Below are positions 49,051 to 57,412 of a stretch of DNA of 64,000 nt, piece after piece. The translations under genes and the position numbers were made by a program. Location: the IMG/VR virus record IMGVR_UViG_3300021961_008157. One strand, 5' to 3'. The DNA is from a virus. Numbering within the stretch: position 1 is the stretch's first letter; the number at the start of each line of letters is the position of its first letter. Under the pieces are notes generated by a model. That model searched no databases and was not told the origin of the DNA. It worked only from the letters and a program-made list of their open reading frames with translations.

Positions 49051-50242
49051 TGCGTAATCTTTCTAATAGGGTATTTAATCTGCTGCTTTTGCTGCCTAAA
49101 AATAATTGTTGATTGTGCTCAATGTCCTTGCGGCAAGACTCAAACCATGTGTGTAAATTTTGCGATTGTATTTTGGCTATTGCGGCCTTAACTGCAAGCC
49201 ATCGCTGTGTATTATCCGTTATTGTATCATAACTGTTATCTATAGCGTGATCAAATGTTCGATAACCGAGATTTCTTAGTGCTGCCAACGATCCCGGGCA
49301 TCCAACAATAACAAGCGGTTGCCCGTGCTTGACTGGTTTAAATGTTTTTTCAGTAAGAAATGCGCCGCCCGAACCGTCGGCATCAAAGTGTGTTTCGAGT
49401 ACAATGTTGCAATATGAGTCAGTGTAGTGTGAAGTTTCGGTAAGGTGATGATTGTTTTGTTGCTCAATGGTAAACTCGTCGCAAGTGTAAGGACCGTTGC
49501 TTAAAAAATCTGCAATGTCAGACCGTATGTCTAATGTGTCTACTTCAATTGGATTGTCTGTTTCGTGCTCATTTAACGCCACATCAGTTCCATAACTCCA
49601 TAGGCAGTTATCTAACAAGCCTGCCCGGCGTAAATCAGTCATTACAGTTGCCCGCCACCACTTATGCGTTCTGCTTAATACAGTAAAATTGTAGGGACGG
49701 GAATTGCTATGTATCTGTGTTGGTTCTGTTTGCTGATTACGATGCCAATAAAGCAGTTCGTGGTCGGGAAAATATATAAAATTTTCAATAGCATCAGCTT
49801 GCGTGTTGCCACTAATAAACTTGTAACAGTTGGGAGGTAAATTGTTTAAATCACACAAATGGTCAAGACGCTGTTTAATCTTATCGGGATTGTCGCCTTC
49901 GTGATAGTAAAATAACGCACGTATTCGCCCTGACTGTAGGCCAAAGAATACATCATCGTTTAGCAGCGCAAAATAATCAACATCAAAGTTAAAAAACCCA
50001 ATCCCTATCCCATAGTAAGAGCCGCGCGGATAGTTGTTGTCGTTCAAATCATACAAGCGATAGGGTATGCTGTGGGTGTTGAGATGTTCATACAATTCCA
50101 TAGGAACTGTATTAGGCCAATGCTGAACAAATTGACGCCATTTGTGTGTATAAGGTTGCGCAGTCCAGCGTGCTAGTGCTGGATAAGCCTTGCCTTGGAT
50201 GATGTTGTCAGATACAAAATTAATATTTGAGTAGTCCATCAA
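49043..50242 (-). CDS. GT10-motif glycosyltransferase-like protein (3 of 4)
   Basis: YCNIVLET...FLTEKTFKP..GQPLV...LGYRTF..IDNSYD. Confidence 0.55.
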   Translation of the reverse strand: MMDYSNINFVSDNIIQGKAYPALARWTAQPYTHKWRQFVQHWPNTVPMELYEHLNTHSIPYRLYDLNDNNYPRGSYYGIGIGFFNFDVDYFALLNDDVFFGLQSGRIRALFYYHEGDNPDKIKQRLDHLCDLNNLPPNCYKFISGNTQADAIENFIYFPDHELLYWHRNQQTEPTQIHSNSRPYNFTVLSRTHKWWRATVMTDLRRAGLLDNCLWSYGTDVALNEHETDNPIEVDTLDIRSDIADFLSNGPYTCDEFTIEQQNNHHLTETSHYTDSYCNIVLETHFDADGSGGAFLTEKTFKPVKHGQPLVIVGCPGSLAALRNLGYRTFDHAIDNSYDTITDNTQRWLAVKAAIAKIQSQNLHTWFESCRKDIEHNQQLFLGSKSSRLNTLLERLRND

Positions 50243-51338
50243 GCATTTTGGTTAATTCTAACCATAGTGTATGAGTAAGCCCACCGTTGTAAAAATGTCT
50301 ATAGTTGTGTTCTACAGCGGGCAAACAGGCACGATGTATTTCCAACCTTTCACGATGGCTTAAATTATCTAAATCTTTAAGTAAATCGGTTACACGCTCA
50401 AGGCGGCGTATATCATCAGTTTCTTCATCATAACTTTCATCAAACACATCGCCAAATGTTTTAAAACCATAACTCCGCATGTATTCTAAGCTGTGCGCCG
50501 GTGCCACTAAAACAAATGGCATTTCTAGAGCAATAGCCTTAAATGTTTTTTCTGTTATGTGAGTTCTGCGGCCAAAATATAAAGTTTCTGTAGGAACATA
50601 TACCAAACTGTCTTCTGCTTCCCTAAAATTAGTAAGCCAACAACTGGTCATCTGCTGTGTTTCTTCGCCAGCAAATAATCTTGGCAAATCAGCTTGCTCA
50701 AGAACTTGCGAAATATCAGAATATGTGTTACAATACTTTTGTGCTATTGTACCGATATCTACTTGCTCATAAGAACAAACACGCGGCGCACTAATATGAT
50801 TATTTTCTAAATTCTTTTTGAATACGTTATATAAAAACAATACGCGATGATCACGTTTACCACCAACAATGCGATTTGGGCTCATAAAAGTTTTTGTAGG
50901 GGTTCGTTCTCGCGCTCGAGGTATTAAAAATGTTCTATCATAGCCACGAAACCAATCTTGACAAGCCCAACCGTGATAAAAGTAATAGTGACTGCGCCAA
51001 CCGTATTTTTCACATAAGCGTTCAACGTATTCGCCCTTTTCACTTACAATAATGTTACCAGGAAAAAGAATTTCCGTTCCGGGTCCTTTTGGTTGTTGAG
51101 TATCTAAATTTCTTCTTATTACATCATCAAATAATGGCTTATATTCATCAATCCAGCAAGGTTCCTGATCGTGCATGAATACATAATCATTTTCTACAAT
51201 GACATCACTGCCCAAGTTAAATAGTGCATCGGGACTGGTATTGCCCGGTGGATCACAATAAAACAATCGAGTGCCTGGTTTATTTTTTTCAAGCCACGGC
51301 CAAAAGGTATTATTATAAATCTCGTCTATTCTAATCAT
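50220..51338 (-). CDS. GT10-motif glycosyltransferase-like protein (4 of 4)
   Basis: LVYVPTET...HITEKTFKA..EMPFV...YGFKTF..FDESYD. Confidence 0.55.
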   Translation of the reverse strand: MIRIDEIYNNTFWPWLEKNKPGTRLFYCDPPGNTSPDALFNLGSDVIVENDYVFMHDQEPCWIDEYKPLFDDVIRRNLDTQQPKGPGTEILFPGNIIVSEKGEYVERLCEKYGWRSHYYFYHGWACQDWFRGYDRTFLIPRARERTPTKTFMSPNRIVGGKRDHRVLFLYNVFKKNLENNHISAPRVCSYEQVDIGTIAQKYCNTYSDISQVLEQADLPRLFAGEETQQMTSCWLTNFREAEDSLVYVPTETLYFGRRTHITEKTFKAIALEMPFVLVAPAHSLEYMRSYGFKTFGDVFDESYDEETDDIRRLERVTDLLKDLDNLSHRERLEIHRACLPAVEHNYRHFYNGGLTHTLWLELTKMLDGLLKY

Positions 51339-53166
51339 GTTTGATGTATTTTACACAGGTGTTAAACCCAATTTGTTTGCTCATGAACAGGCAGTAGATT
51401 CTATTGAAGAAGCACAAGAGCTTAGTCGCACTCGTTTCTTTTGGTTTGTCAATTACTTATCTGATTATAGCGGCTTTGATTTTCTTTGGGAACCCAAACC
51501 TTGGGAGGCGCATCAGCGCCATGCCTGGCCAAGCCAATGGCAAAAAGATAGCGGTACCTATCTAGTACCTAAACAAGGGTATAGCGAAACCAACTATAGG
51601 GGCGACTGTGCAATTAAACGTTTGCCCGATACGTCTAATTGGTTTGTTCCCGATACATTTGATGGAAGCAGTTTTGATTTTTCTTGGCATCCGGATCCCA
51701 CCGAGCCTGGCTACATATATCAATTTGGTACACAACATCAACGCACAGGCGGCCCCCAGTATATTGTAAACGGTGCTTCTGACTTAAAATTCTGTGACCA
51801 AATTAAGGGTAGTGTTAAATCTGGAGTAACCCCCATTATTGAAATAAATCATATGGATGGTAATGCTGGACTTGTACCAGGTGTAATATCTACTGTACGT
51901 TATTTTGACAACTATAAAGACACACTATCTAGAATTGCAAATACAGTAGAGCACGAATACATTTGGATTGTTAGTAGTGTATGTGATTACACTAATTTTG
52001 ATTTTTCCTGGCACCCAGAATTATGGCAAAACACCATGCTGCATGTGTTTGCCAGCTCTGGTGAAAAATTTGGTGACACATTTTATATGCATGTGCCAAG
52101 TTTTAAAAATCGCATAAAACAGTTTGACTTGCTAGACTGGTATGATTTAAATTTTATCAACACATCAGTTCCGCGCAGGCCACTGCCTATTGTGCGGCAC
52201 ACCAGTGACAGCCAAGCTGAACCCGTTAAAAATGAATCTTGGCTCGGTCCGTTGGCAGTATTTGCTGCCCACGATCAACCAGTTAACTCAGTTCCGTGCG
52301 TACCACTGTGGCGTGAAAAAACCAAAACAATTGTTCCTTTAGATGCCAGTGGATCGACTGTTGTTGTTCCTCGAGTGGCCATTCCATATATTAAAACACA
52401 GTTGTATGATTATCCTTACATAGACAAAACTAAACGAAATATGTGCAGTGACGAACCACTGGACATTGTGTTCATTAGCAACGGTGAGCCAGTGGCCGAC
52501 CAAACATTTACACATTTACAAAATGTTGCTGCTGACTTGTTTAATAAGAAAAAAATACATCATGTTGATCGTGTAAACGGCCGTGCTGCTGCCTATCATG
52601 CTGCTGCACAGGCCAGCACCACACCGTGGTTTTTTGCTGTATTTGCCAAGTTATTTGTAAATGAAAGTTTTGATTGGTCCTGGCAGCCTGATCGCATGCA
52701 ACAACCCAAGCATTACATTTTTCATGCGCTAAATCCAGTTAACGGACTTGAGTATGGACATCAAGCAATGATTGCTTATAATAAACAATTGGTATTAAAC
52801 AATCCCGGACATGGACTGGACTTTACACTTGACGATGCGCACGAAGTTGTACCAATACTTTCAGGTACTGCTGTGTACAATATGTCGCCGTGGGTAGCGT
52901 GGCGTACTGCATTCCGCGAAGCAATTAAACTAAAAAGCAGTTTGCCCGATATTGACAGTGAGTATAGACTGACGCAATGGTTAAGCACCAATCCTGGAAG
53001 TCAGCATATATTAAATGAGGAATGGAGTCGTTGGGGTGCCGAAGACGCTGTTGACTATTACGACCAGGTTAACGGGGATTTTAGGGCACTTAAAAAGAGC
53101 TACGAGTGGGACTGGCTCTCGTCTTACGCTTTTATGAAAAGAAGTTTAACACCCGATCAGCAATAA
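51337..53166 (+). CDS. Multi-repeat GT-A-like protein, paralog of 33865-34791 lacking the DxD motif
   Basis: C-terminal LDIVFISNGEP...VNGRAAAYHAAAQAS...NGLEYG...AWRTAFREAIKL; recurring FD(F/W)xW(H/E/Q)P motifs. Confidence 0.6.
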   Translation: MFDVFYTGVKPNLFAHEQAVDSIEEAQELSRTRFFWFVNYLSDYSGFDFLWEPKPWEAHQRHAWPSQWQKDSGTYLVPKQGYSETNYRGDCAIKRLPDTSNWFVPDTFDGSSFDFSWHPDPTEPGYIYQFGTQHQRTGGPQYIVNGASDLKFCDQIKGSVKSGVTPIIEINHMDGNAGLVPGVISTVRYFDNYKDTLSRIANTVEHEYIWIVSSVCDYTNFDFSWHPELWQNTMLHVFASSGEKFGDTFYMHVPSFKNRIKQFDLLDWYDLNFINTSVPRRPLPIVRHTSDSQAEPVKNESWLGPLAVFAAHDQPVNSVPCVPLWREKTKTIVPLDASGSTVVVPRVAIPYIKTQLYDYPYIDKTKRNMCSDEPLDIVFISNGEPVADQTFTHLQNVAADLFNKKKIHHVDRVNGRAAAYHAAAQASTTPWFFAVFAKLFVNESFDWSWQPDRMQQPKHYIFHALNPVNGLEYGHQAMIAYNKQLVLNNPGHGLDFTLDDAHEVVPILSGTAVYNMSPWVAWRTAFREAIKLKSSLPDIDSEYRLTQWLSTNPGSQHILNEEWSRWGAEDAVDYYDQVNGDFRALKKSYEWDWLSSYAFMKRSLTPDQQ

Positions 53167-54220
53167 CATCTACTTCGCTGTCGGTCAATTCGGGATAGAT
53201 GGGCAAACTTAAACAACGACGGCTTAATGAGCTGGCTGCACTTAACATGCTTGGTCCCGTGTACTGTCTATAGATGCCAATTTCATGCAACGGTTGTTCA
53301 TAGTGTATTTTTGTTTCAATACCCAACTCTAGTAGAGTATCTTGGAGTTGGTCACGACGATCAACTTCAATAACAAACTTATGATGTGCATGTTCGTCTA
53401 TATTAGTGTCATCAATAAGGCATCGCACCGGGGAATCTTTAAAACGCTCAATATAATGACGACTAATTGCAGCACGACGCTGTTGCCATTCGTGCAAGTA
53501 TTGTGTCTTAAGCAGCATTAGTGCACATTCTAGCTCGCTCATTCGACTATTAGTGCCCGCAACATCACCGTCGGGCTTCCCGTTACCCCGCCATTTACGA
53601 GCAAAACTTGCCAAGTCTTGACTGTCGGTTATAATGGCACCACCGTTACCATACGCAGATAAATTTTTTGTTGGATCAAAACTAATGGCTGTGGCTTCAC
53701 CTACTCGCATTGAATTATTGGCTAACCAATGCTGGGCACCGTCTTCGATTATAAGTTTGTCACTTCTTGTCCAATAGTTCCACCATTTAACTCCGTTAAA
53801 GTTACTAAGACTGGACCCATACAAGCCCACAAGTAATATAGCCTGATAACTGGTGTCGGGAACAGCGTTTATATTAAACAATCCATAGTTGTCAGTGTCA
53901 ATGAACACCACATCCCACCCCGCTCGAATAAAAGCATTGGCAGTAGCCGCGTAAGTAAGCGTAGGTATTAGTACTGTGGGCGGGTGCGGCACACCAGTAT
54001 ATTCTATGGAGTATTCAGCAATGATTTCTAATGCTTGTGTACCCGAATGGCAAGTGATTGCATACTCACTGTGATTAGTGCGGGCTAACCAATCTTCAAA
54101 ATTCCGAGTGTACTTACCATTCATCAGTTGTCCACTAGACAACACGCTATCAGTTACATCCAGTAACTCATCGCGAAGTTGTTTATACTGTCTTTTGAGA
54201 CCAGTAAACGGAATTTTCAT
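53132..54220 (-). CDS. DegT/DnrJ/EryC1/StrS family PLP-dependent sugar aminotransferase
   Basis: SGTQAL, EDGAQ, SFDPTKNLSAYGNGG (catalytic Lys) and LSLPIYPEL. Likely start MKIPF at 54220. Confidence 0.92.
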   Translation of the reverse strand: MKIPFTGLKRQYKQLRDELLDVTDSVLSSGQLMNGKYTRNFEDWLARTNHSEYAITCHSGTQALEIIAEYSIEYTGVPHPPTVLIPTLTYAATANAFIRAGWDVVFIDTDNYGLFNINAVPDTSYQAILLVGLYGSSLSNFNGVKWWNYWTRSDKLIIEDGAQHWLANNSMRVGEATAISFDPTKNLSAYGNGGAIITDSQDLASFARKWRGNGKPDGDVAGTNSRMSELECALMLLKTQYLHEWQQRRAAISRHYIERFKDSPVRCLIDDTNIDEHAHHKFVIEVDRRDQLQDTLLELGIETKIHYEQPLHEIGIYRQYTGPSMLSAASSLSRRCLSLPIYPELTDSEVDVIADRVLNFFS

Positions 54221-55139
54221 AGTATCTTTCAAATCCTTCGGCGATGTTCACAGTTGGATTAAAGTTTAGATCTCGGCGTGCAGCGTCGATGTTCAAGGAT
54301 CCGCGACTGGGGAAATTTAAGTCTCGATCCTGTACTCGAATAGTTCCAGATCCTACAATATCAATGATTGTTTCGGCTGCTTCTAATAGTGTGATCGCAT
54401 GACTTCTTGTGAGATTATAAGTGTTATTGGCTGCATGATCAGACAATGCGGCTTGCACAATACCTGCTGCCAGATCTGTTACATATGTAAAGTCTAATTC
54501 TTCATCGGGTCCATTTACTGACAACTCACCACCGCGCATAGCAGTAAGCATGAACTTGGCCACTACACGATCTTCAACATCTAGTGGACCATAAACAGCA
54601 GAAGGACGAATAATTACTGCTTCGATGCCCGACCGCCGAGCATAGTCTCGAACAAGCCATTCACCTGCTAGTTTCATAATACCATATTGTCCTTGTGGAT
54701 TGCATACAGCATCTTCGCGTACATCGTTATCAAAATCTCCATAAACCATTGAGCTGGAAATATAAACAAACCGACGCACACGATTCCGCACGGCACTTTC
54801 AAGAAGATTAAGCAACCCTTCCATCATGGTACGACTACCCCACCCAGGATTGCTGTTAACTACTTTTTGCCTTGGAAAGCTGGCCAGGTGCACAATCACT
54901 TCGGGTTGATGTTTACCAACTATGTAATCAATGGTATCACTACTTTCAATTGATGCTGTATATACTGGGCTGGCAATATTTTTCATACGTTGGCTCAATA
55001 GATAATCTATTTCTGCTTGTGGAATAATGCCATAGGTGGTTTTGTTATCAATAATAGCAACTTCGTGTTTTAATTGCTCCAATGTTTTTACAACATTGTG
55101 CCCTATAAAACCGCAACCACCTGTAACTAAAATATTCAT
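54183..55139 (-). CDS. NAD-dependent nucleotide-sugar epimerase/dehydratase (extended SDR)
   Basis: ILVTGGCGFIG, YISSSMVYG, YGIMK (YxxxK) and DFTYVTD. Confidence 0.92.
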   Translation of the reverse strand: MNILVTGGCGFIGHNVVKTLEQLKHEVAIIDNKTTYGIIPQAEIDYLLSQRMKNIASPVYTASIESSDTIDYIVGKHQPEVIVHLASFPRQKVVNSNPGWGSRTMMEGLLNLLESAVRNRVRRFVYISSSMVYGDFDNDVREDAVCNPQGQYGIMKLAGEWLVRDYARRSGIEAVIIRPSAVYGPLDVEDRVVAKFMLTAMRGGELSVNGPDEELDFTYVTDLAAGIVQAALSDHAANNTYNLTRSHAITLLEAAETIIDIVGSGTIRVQDRDLNFPSRGSLNIDAARRDLNFNPTVNIAEGFERYYENSVYWSQKTV

Positions 55140-55378
55140 TGGAATTTTAACTTGTAAAAAATTAAATCAGCTTCGCCTAATTTTGCACATATTTGATAGT
55201 GATGGTAGTAATCAAATGTTGGTGCACGTTGCCACCAAGGCGTTTCAACCGAGTGCTCCATTACCCATTGTCCTGCATCGCTTTTTTCCCACTTCAGTAT
55301 TGGCTCGGCTGCATAAAGATCCGGATCTTCAACGTCGGGTACATTAAATGTGTGTACTATAACCGTTGACGTTTTCAT
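55136..55378 (-). CDS. Hypothetical protein
   Basis: Likely start ATG 55378 (MKTSTVIV), 7 nt after TATAAT. Confidence 0.6.
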   Translation of the reverse strand: MKTSTVIVHTFNVPDVEDPDLYAAEPILKWEKSDAGQWVMEHSVETPWWQRAPTFDYYHHYQICAKLGEADLIFYKLKFQ

Positions 55379-55385
55379 GTCTACT

Positions 55386-55413
55386 ATTATAGCATAAAAC
55401 AATCAATTAGCAA
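55386..55413 (-). promoter_or_regulatory. Sigma70-like promoter TTGCTA-N16-TATAAT with extended -10
   Basis: Minus strand reads ttgcta attgattgttttatgc tataat agtagac ATG. Confidence 0.55.
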
Positions 55414-56071
55414 CCAACTCGGAAGACATTGGAAAGATTTTTGCAATAGTTTCTGCACAAGCCAGTGCAATTTGTTGGTGCTCTTTTTGCGTACCGTTTC
55501 CCGATCTCAGTTGGATAAAATGAATCCAAGAACGTAGTGTGCCGTTCATATAAAGACGAGATACAGTTAGCCCTTCGGGCAGCACAGCGCGAGCTTGCTC
55601 CTTGGCAATGCCATTGCTAATAGCCCATTTGTACGCATTTTTAGCTGTTCGTATTACAGCTTGTTGTTGCTCTGCCCACAATCGTTTCAGTTCACGATCG
55701 TCAATTTCAATAGAGTTTTGTCGGTTCTTTGTATCTTGTAAGCGAGCTTCCCGCAACACAAAAGCCAAGTCATTTACTGGATCAGCATAGCGTTGGGAAA
55801 ACTCTTGAAAACTAAAACTGCGATGTCGTAGTATTTGACGAGCAATGTCTCGCGTGGTTTCAATTTCCAAACAAGCACTGACCATTTCAAGTGGGCTCCA
55901 GTGCTGATGACGAATCAAATAGCGTATTAGTTTTTCGCTGGTGTCAGTGTTTAACTGATTAGCAGGATTGCTTACGCGGGCACAGTAAGCAATAAGTTCC
56001 TGCGCATCTTCAATTCCTAAGTTGTTAAATTCTTCAGTGGGTTGGCTATAAGATAAAAGTTTAACTGTCAT
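55403..56071 (-). CDS. thyX: Flavin-dependent thymidylate synthase
   Basis: HWSPLE, QILRHRSFSFQEFSQRY (RHRxxSxxxxSxR motif) and AKEQARAVLP. Confidence 0.95.
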   Translation of the reverse strand: MTVKLLSYSQPTEEFNNLGIEDAQELIAYCARVSNPANQLNTDTSEKLIRYLIRHQHWSPLEMVSACLEIETTRDIARQILRHRSFSFQEFSQRYADPVNDLAFVLREARLQDTKNRQNSIEIDDRELKRLWAEQQQAVIRTAKNAYKWAISNGIAKEQARAVLPEGLTVSRLYMNGTLRSWIHFIQLRSGNGTQKEHQQIALACAETIAKIFPMSSELVAN

Positions 56072-56376
56072 TTAAGACCATGTAATATTTTATTAGTTTC
56101 GGGTTGAACCATGTTGGCAACAGCAACTACATCTACAACAAAATCTACATCGCGAATTTCTTTACGCGGATCATCAAAAATTCTAGTAAGCATGGCTTCG
56201 ATTTCTTCTATATTCATGCCTTGCTTTTGCAATGAAACTAGATTAAATGTTTTTTGACGACCACCGTGAAATTTTATTACGATTTTTTTGATGCACTCAA
56301 GCGGTACGTCAGTTTTTGTTGTATCTGCAATTATGTGTTCCCAGGCGGTGATAAAATCGTCACTGGGTTCAATCAT
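56068..56376 (-). CDS. Hypothetical protein
   Basis: 102-aa ORF coupled to thyX. Confidence 0.6.
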   Translation of the reverse strand: MIEPSDDFITAWEHIIADTTKTDVPLECIKKIVIKFHGGRQKTFNLVSLQKQGMNIEEIEAMLTRIFDDPRKEIRDVDFVVDVVAVANMVQPETNKILHGLK

Positions 56377-57126
56377 TTACGCGGTCTTTACTTTGCTGGG
56401 TCCACGACCACGACGTGCTTTAGGTGCTGCAACAGGTGCTGCAACAGGTTCAGCAAATGCTGGTACTTTAGCACTGGGACGTTTGACTGTGGGGTCAAGA
56501 CGCTCAGCATCCTTTTTCATTTTAGCAGCTTCAGCAATCATAGCCTTGGCATTGATTTCCATGGTCTGTGCCTGCGCTAACATATTAGCAGCAATGTCGC
56601 GATCGCTTAGTGCGCCTGACTCGGATGCTTTTAGTACCGGAGGAGCCACAAAAGCCGACTCAGCTTTACGAGCTTGCGACGCTTTAAACTCAGCTTCTGC
56701 TTTACGCTTGACTGCGGGATCAACTAAACCACGGCTAGCATCACTTTCAGCTAATCGGCGCACAGCTTCTTCACCTTGTTTCATTTCATTGAGCATTTTG
56801 TTCAGCTCATCAAGCCGCATTTTTGATTGTGCAGTTGGTGTAACTAAAATGTCAGCGGCACGAACTTTTTTAATCATGCGCTCTACGTGGAGCGTTTCTA
56901 AAATAGGACGTCCATCGGGCAAATAGCTACGATGTAGCGCATCAGCAAATTCTTCAGATGCTTGACCAGCATCGCTTTCCAAAACTTTTTGCACAGCATC
57001 TTGCCAGTGTGCATGCAGAGTCTCGGGATAAATTACCAAACACATGTGTTCTTCGTTTGGTACTTGACGATATAACACACAGACCTTGCGATCTCCATGT
57101 TTACCTACGTGTTTCATAAATGCCAT
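56377..57126 (-). CDS. Hypothetical protein with coiled coil and basic C-terminal tail
   Basis: GGAG RBS; Ala/Lys-rich coiled coil; ends KARRGRGPSKVKTA. Confidence 0.65.
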   Translation of the reverse strand: MAFMKHVGKHGDRKVCVLYRQVPNEEHMCLVIYPETLHAHWQDAVQKVLESDAGQASEEFADALHRSYLPDGRPILETLHVERMIKKVRAADILVTPTAQSKMRLDELNKMLNEMKQGEEAVRRLAESDASRGLVDPAVKRKAEAEFKASQARKAESAFVAPPVLKASESGALSDRDIAANMLAQAQTMEINAKAMIAEAAKMKKDAERLDPTVKRPSAKVPAFAEPVAAPVAAPKARRGRGPSKVKTA

Positions 57127-57128
57127 TG

Positions 57129-57329
57129 TTACTCTCCTGTGTTACTGGCCGCAGATTGTTCCTGTGCCTGAGCTTGCGCTACTACCGCTTCTAAAAAGTC
57201 TGTTAGTTTGTTATAAACTTCCCCAACATCCTTCATTTCTGCTGCACGGAATGCACCACGTGTACTGGCTAGGTCAATTATGTTTTTTAAAAGACCTAAA
57301 TCAGCAATGGTTATTTGTTTATTTTCCAT
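57129..57329 (-). CDS. Small conserved-looking phage protein
   Basis: IIDLASTRGAFRAAEM motif; TAAATA lies 5 nt before the ATG. Confidence 0.65.
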   Translation of the reverse strand: MENKQITIADLGLLKNIIDLASTRGAFRAAEMKDVGEVYNKLTDFLEAVVAQAQAQEQSAASNTGE

Positions 57330-57412
57330 ACAGATATTTAATGTAATCGTTTGCTAATAAAATTTTTTCTATTGGTTAGCAAGCCCAAAATTAGTCATTT
57401 AGGGCAAATTGA

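Noticed and set aside
46520-56071. Firm assignment as a DNA hypermodification cluster because thyX and a carbamoyltransferase are close
   Set aside because: ThyX looks canonical, and no hydroxymethylase, nucleotide kinase or DNA-glycosyltransferase signature is recognisable in this window.
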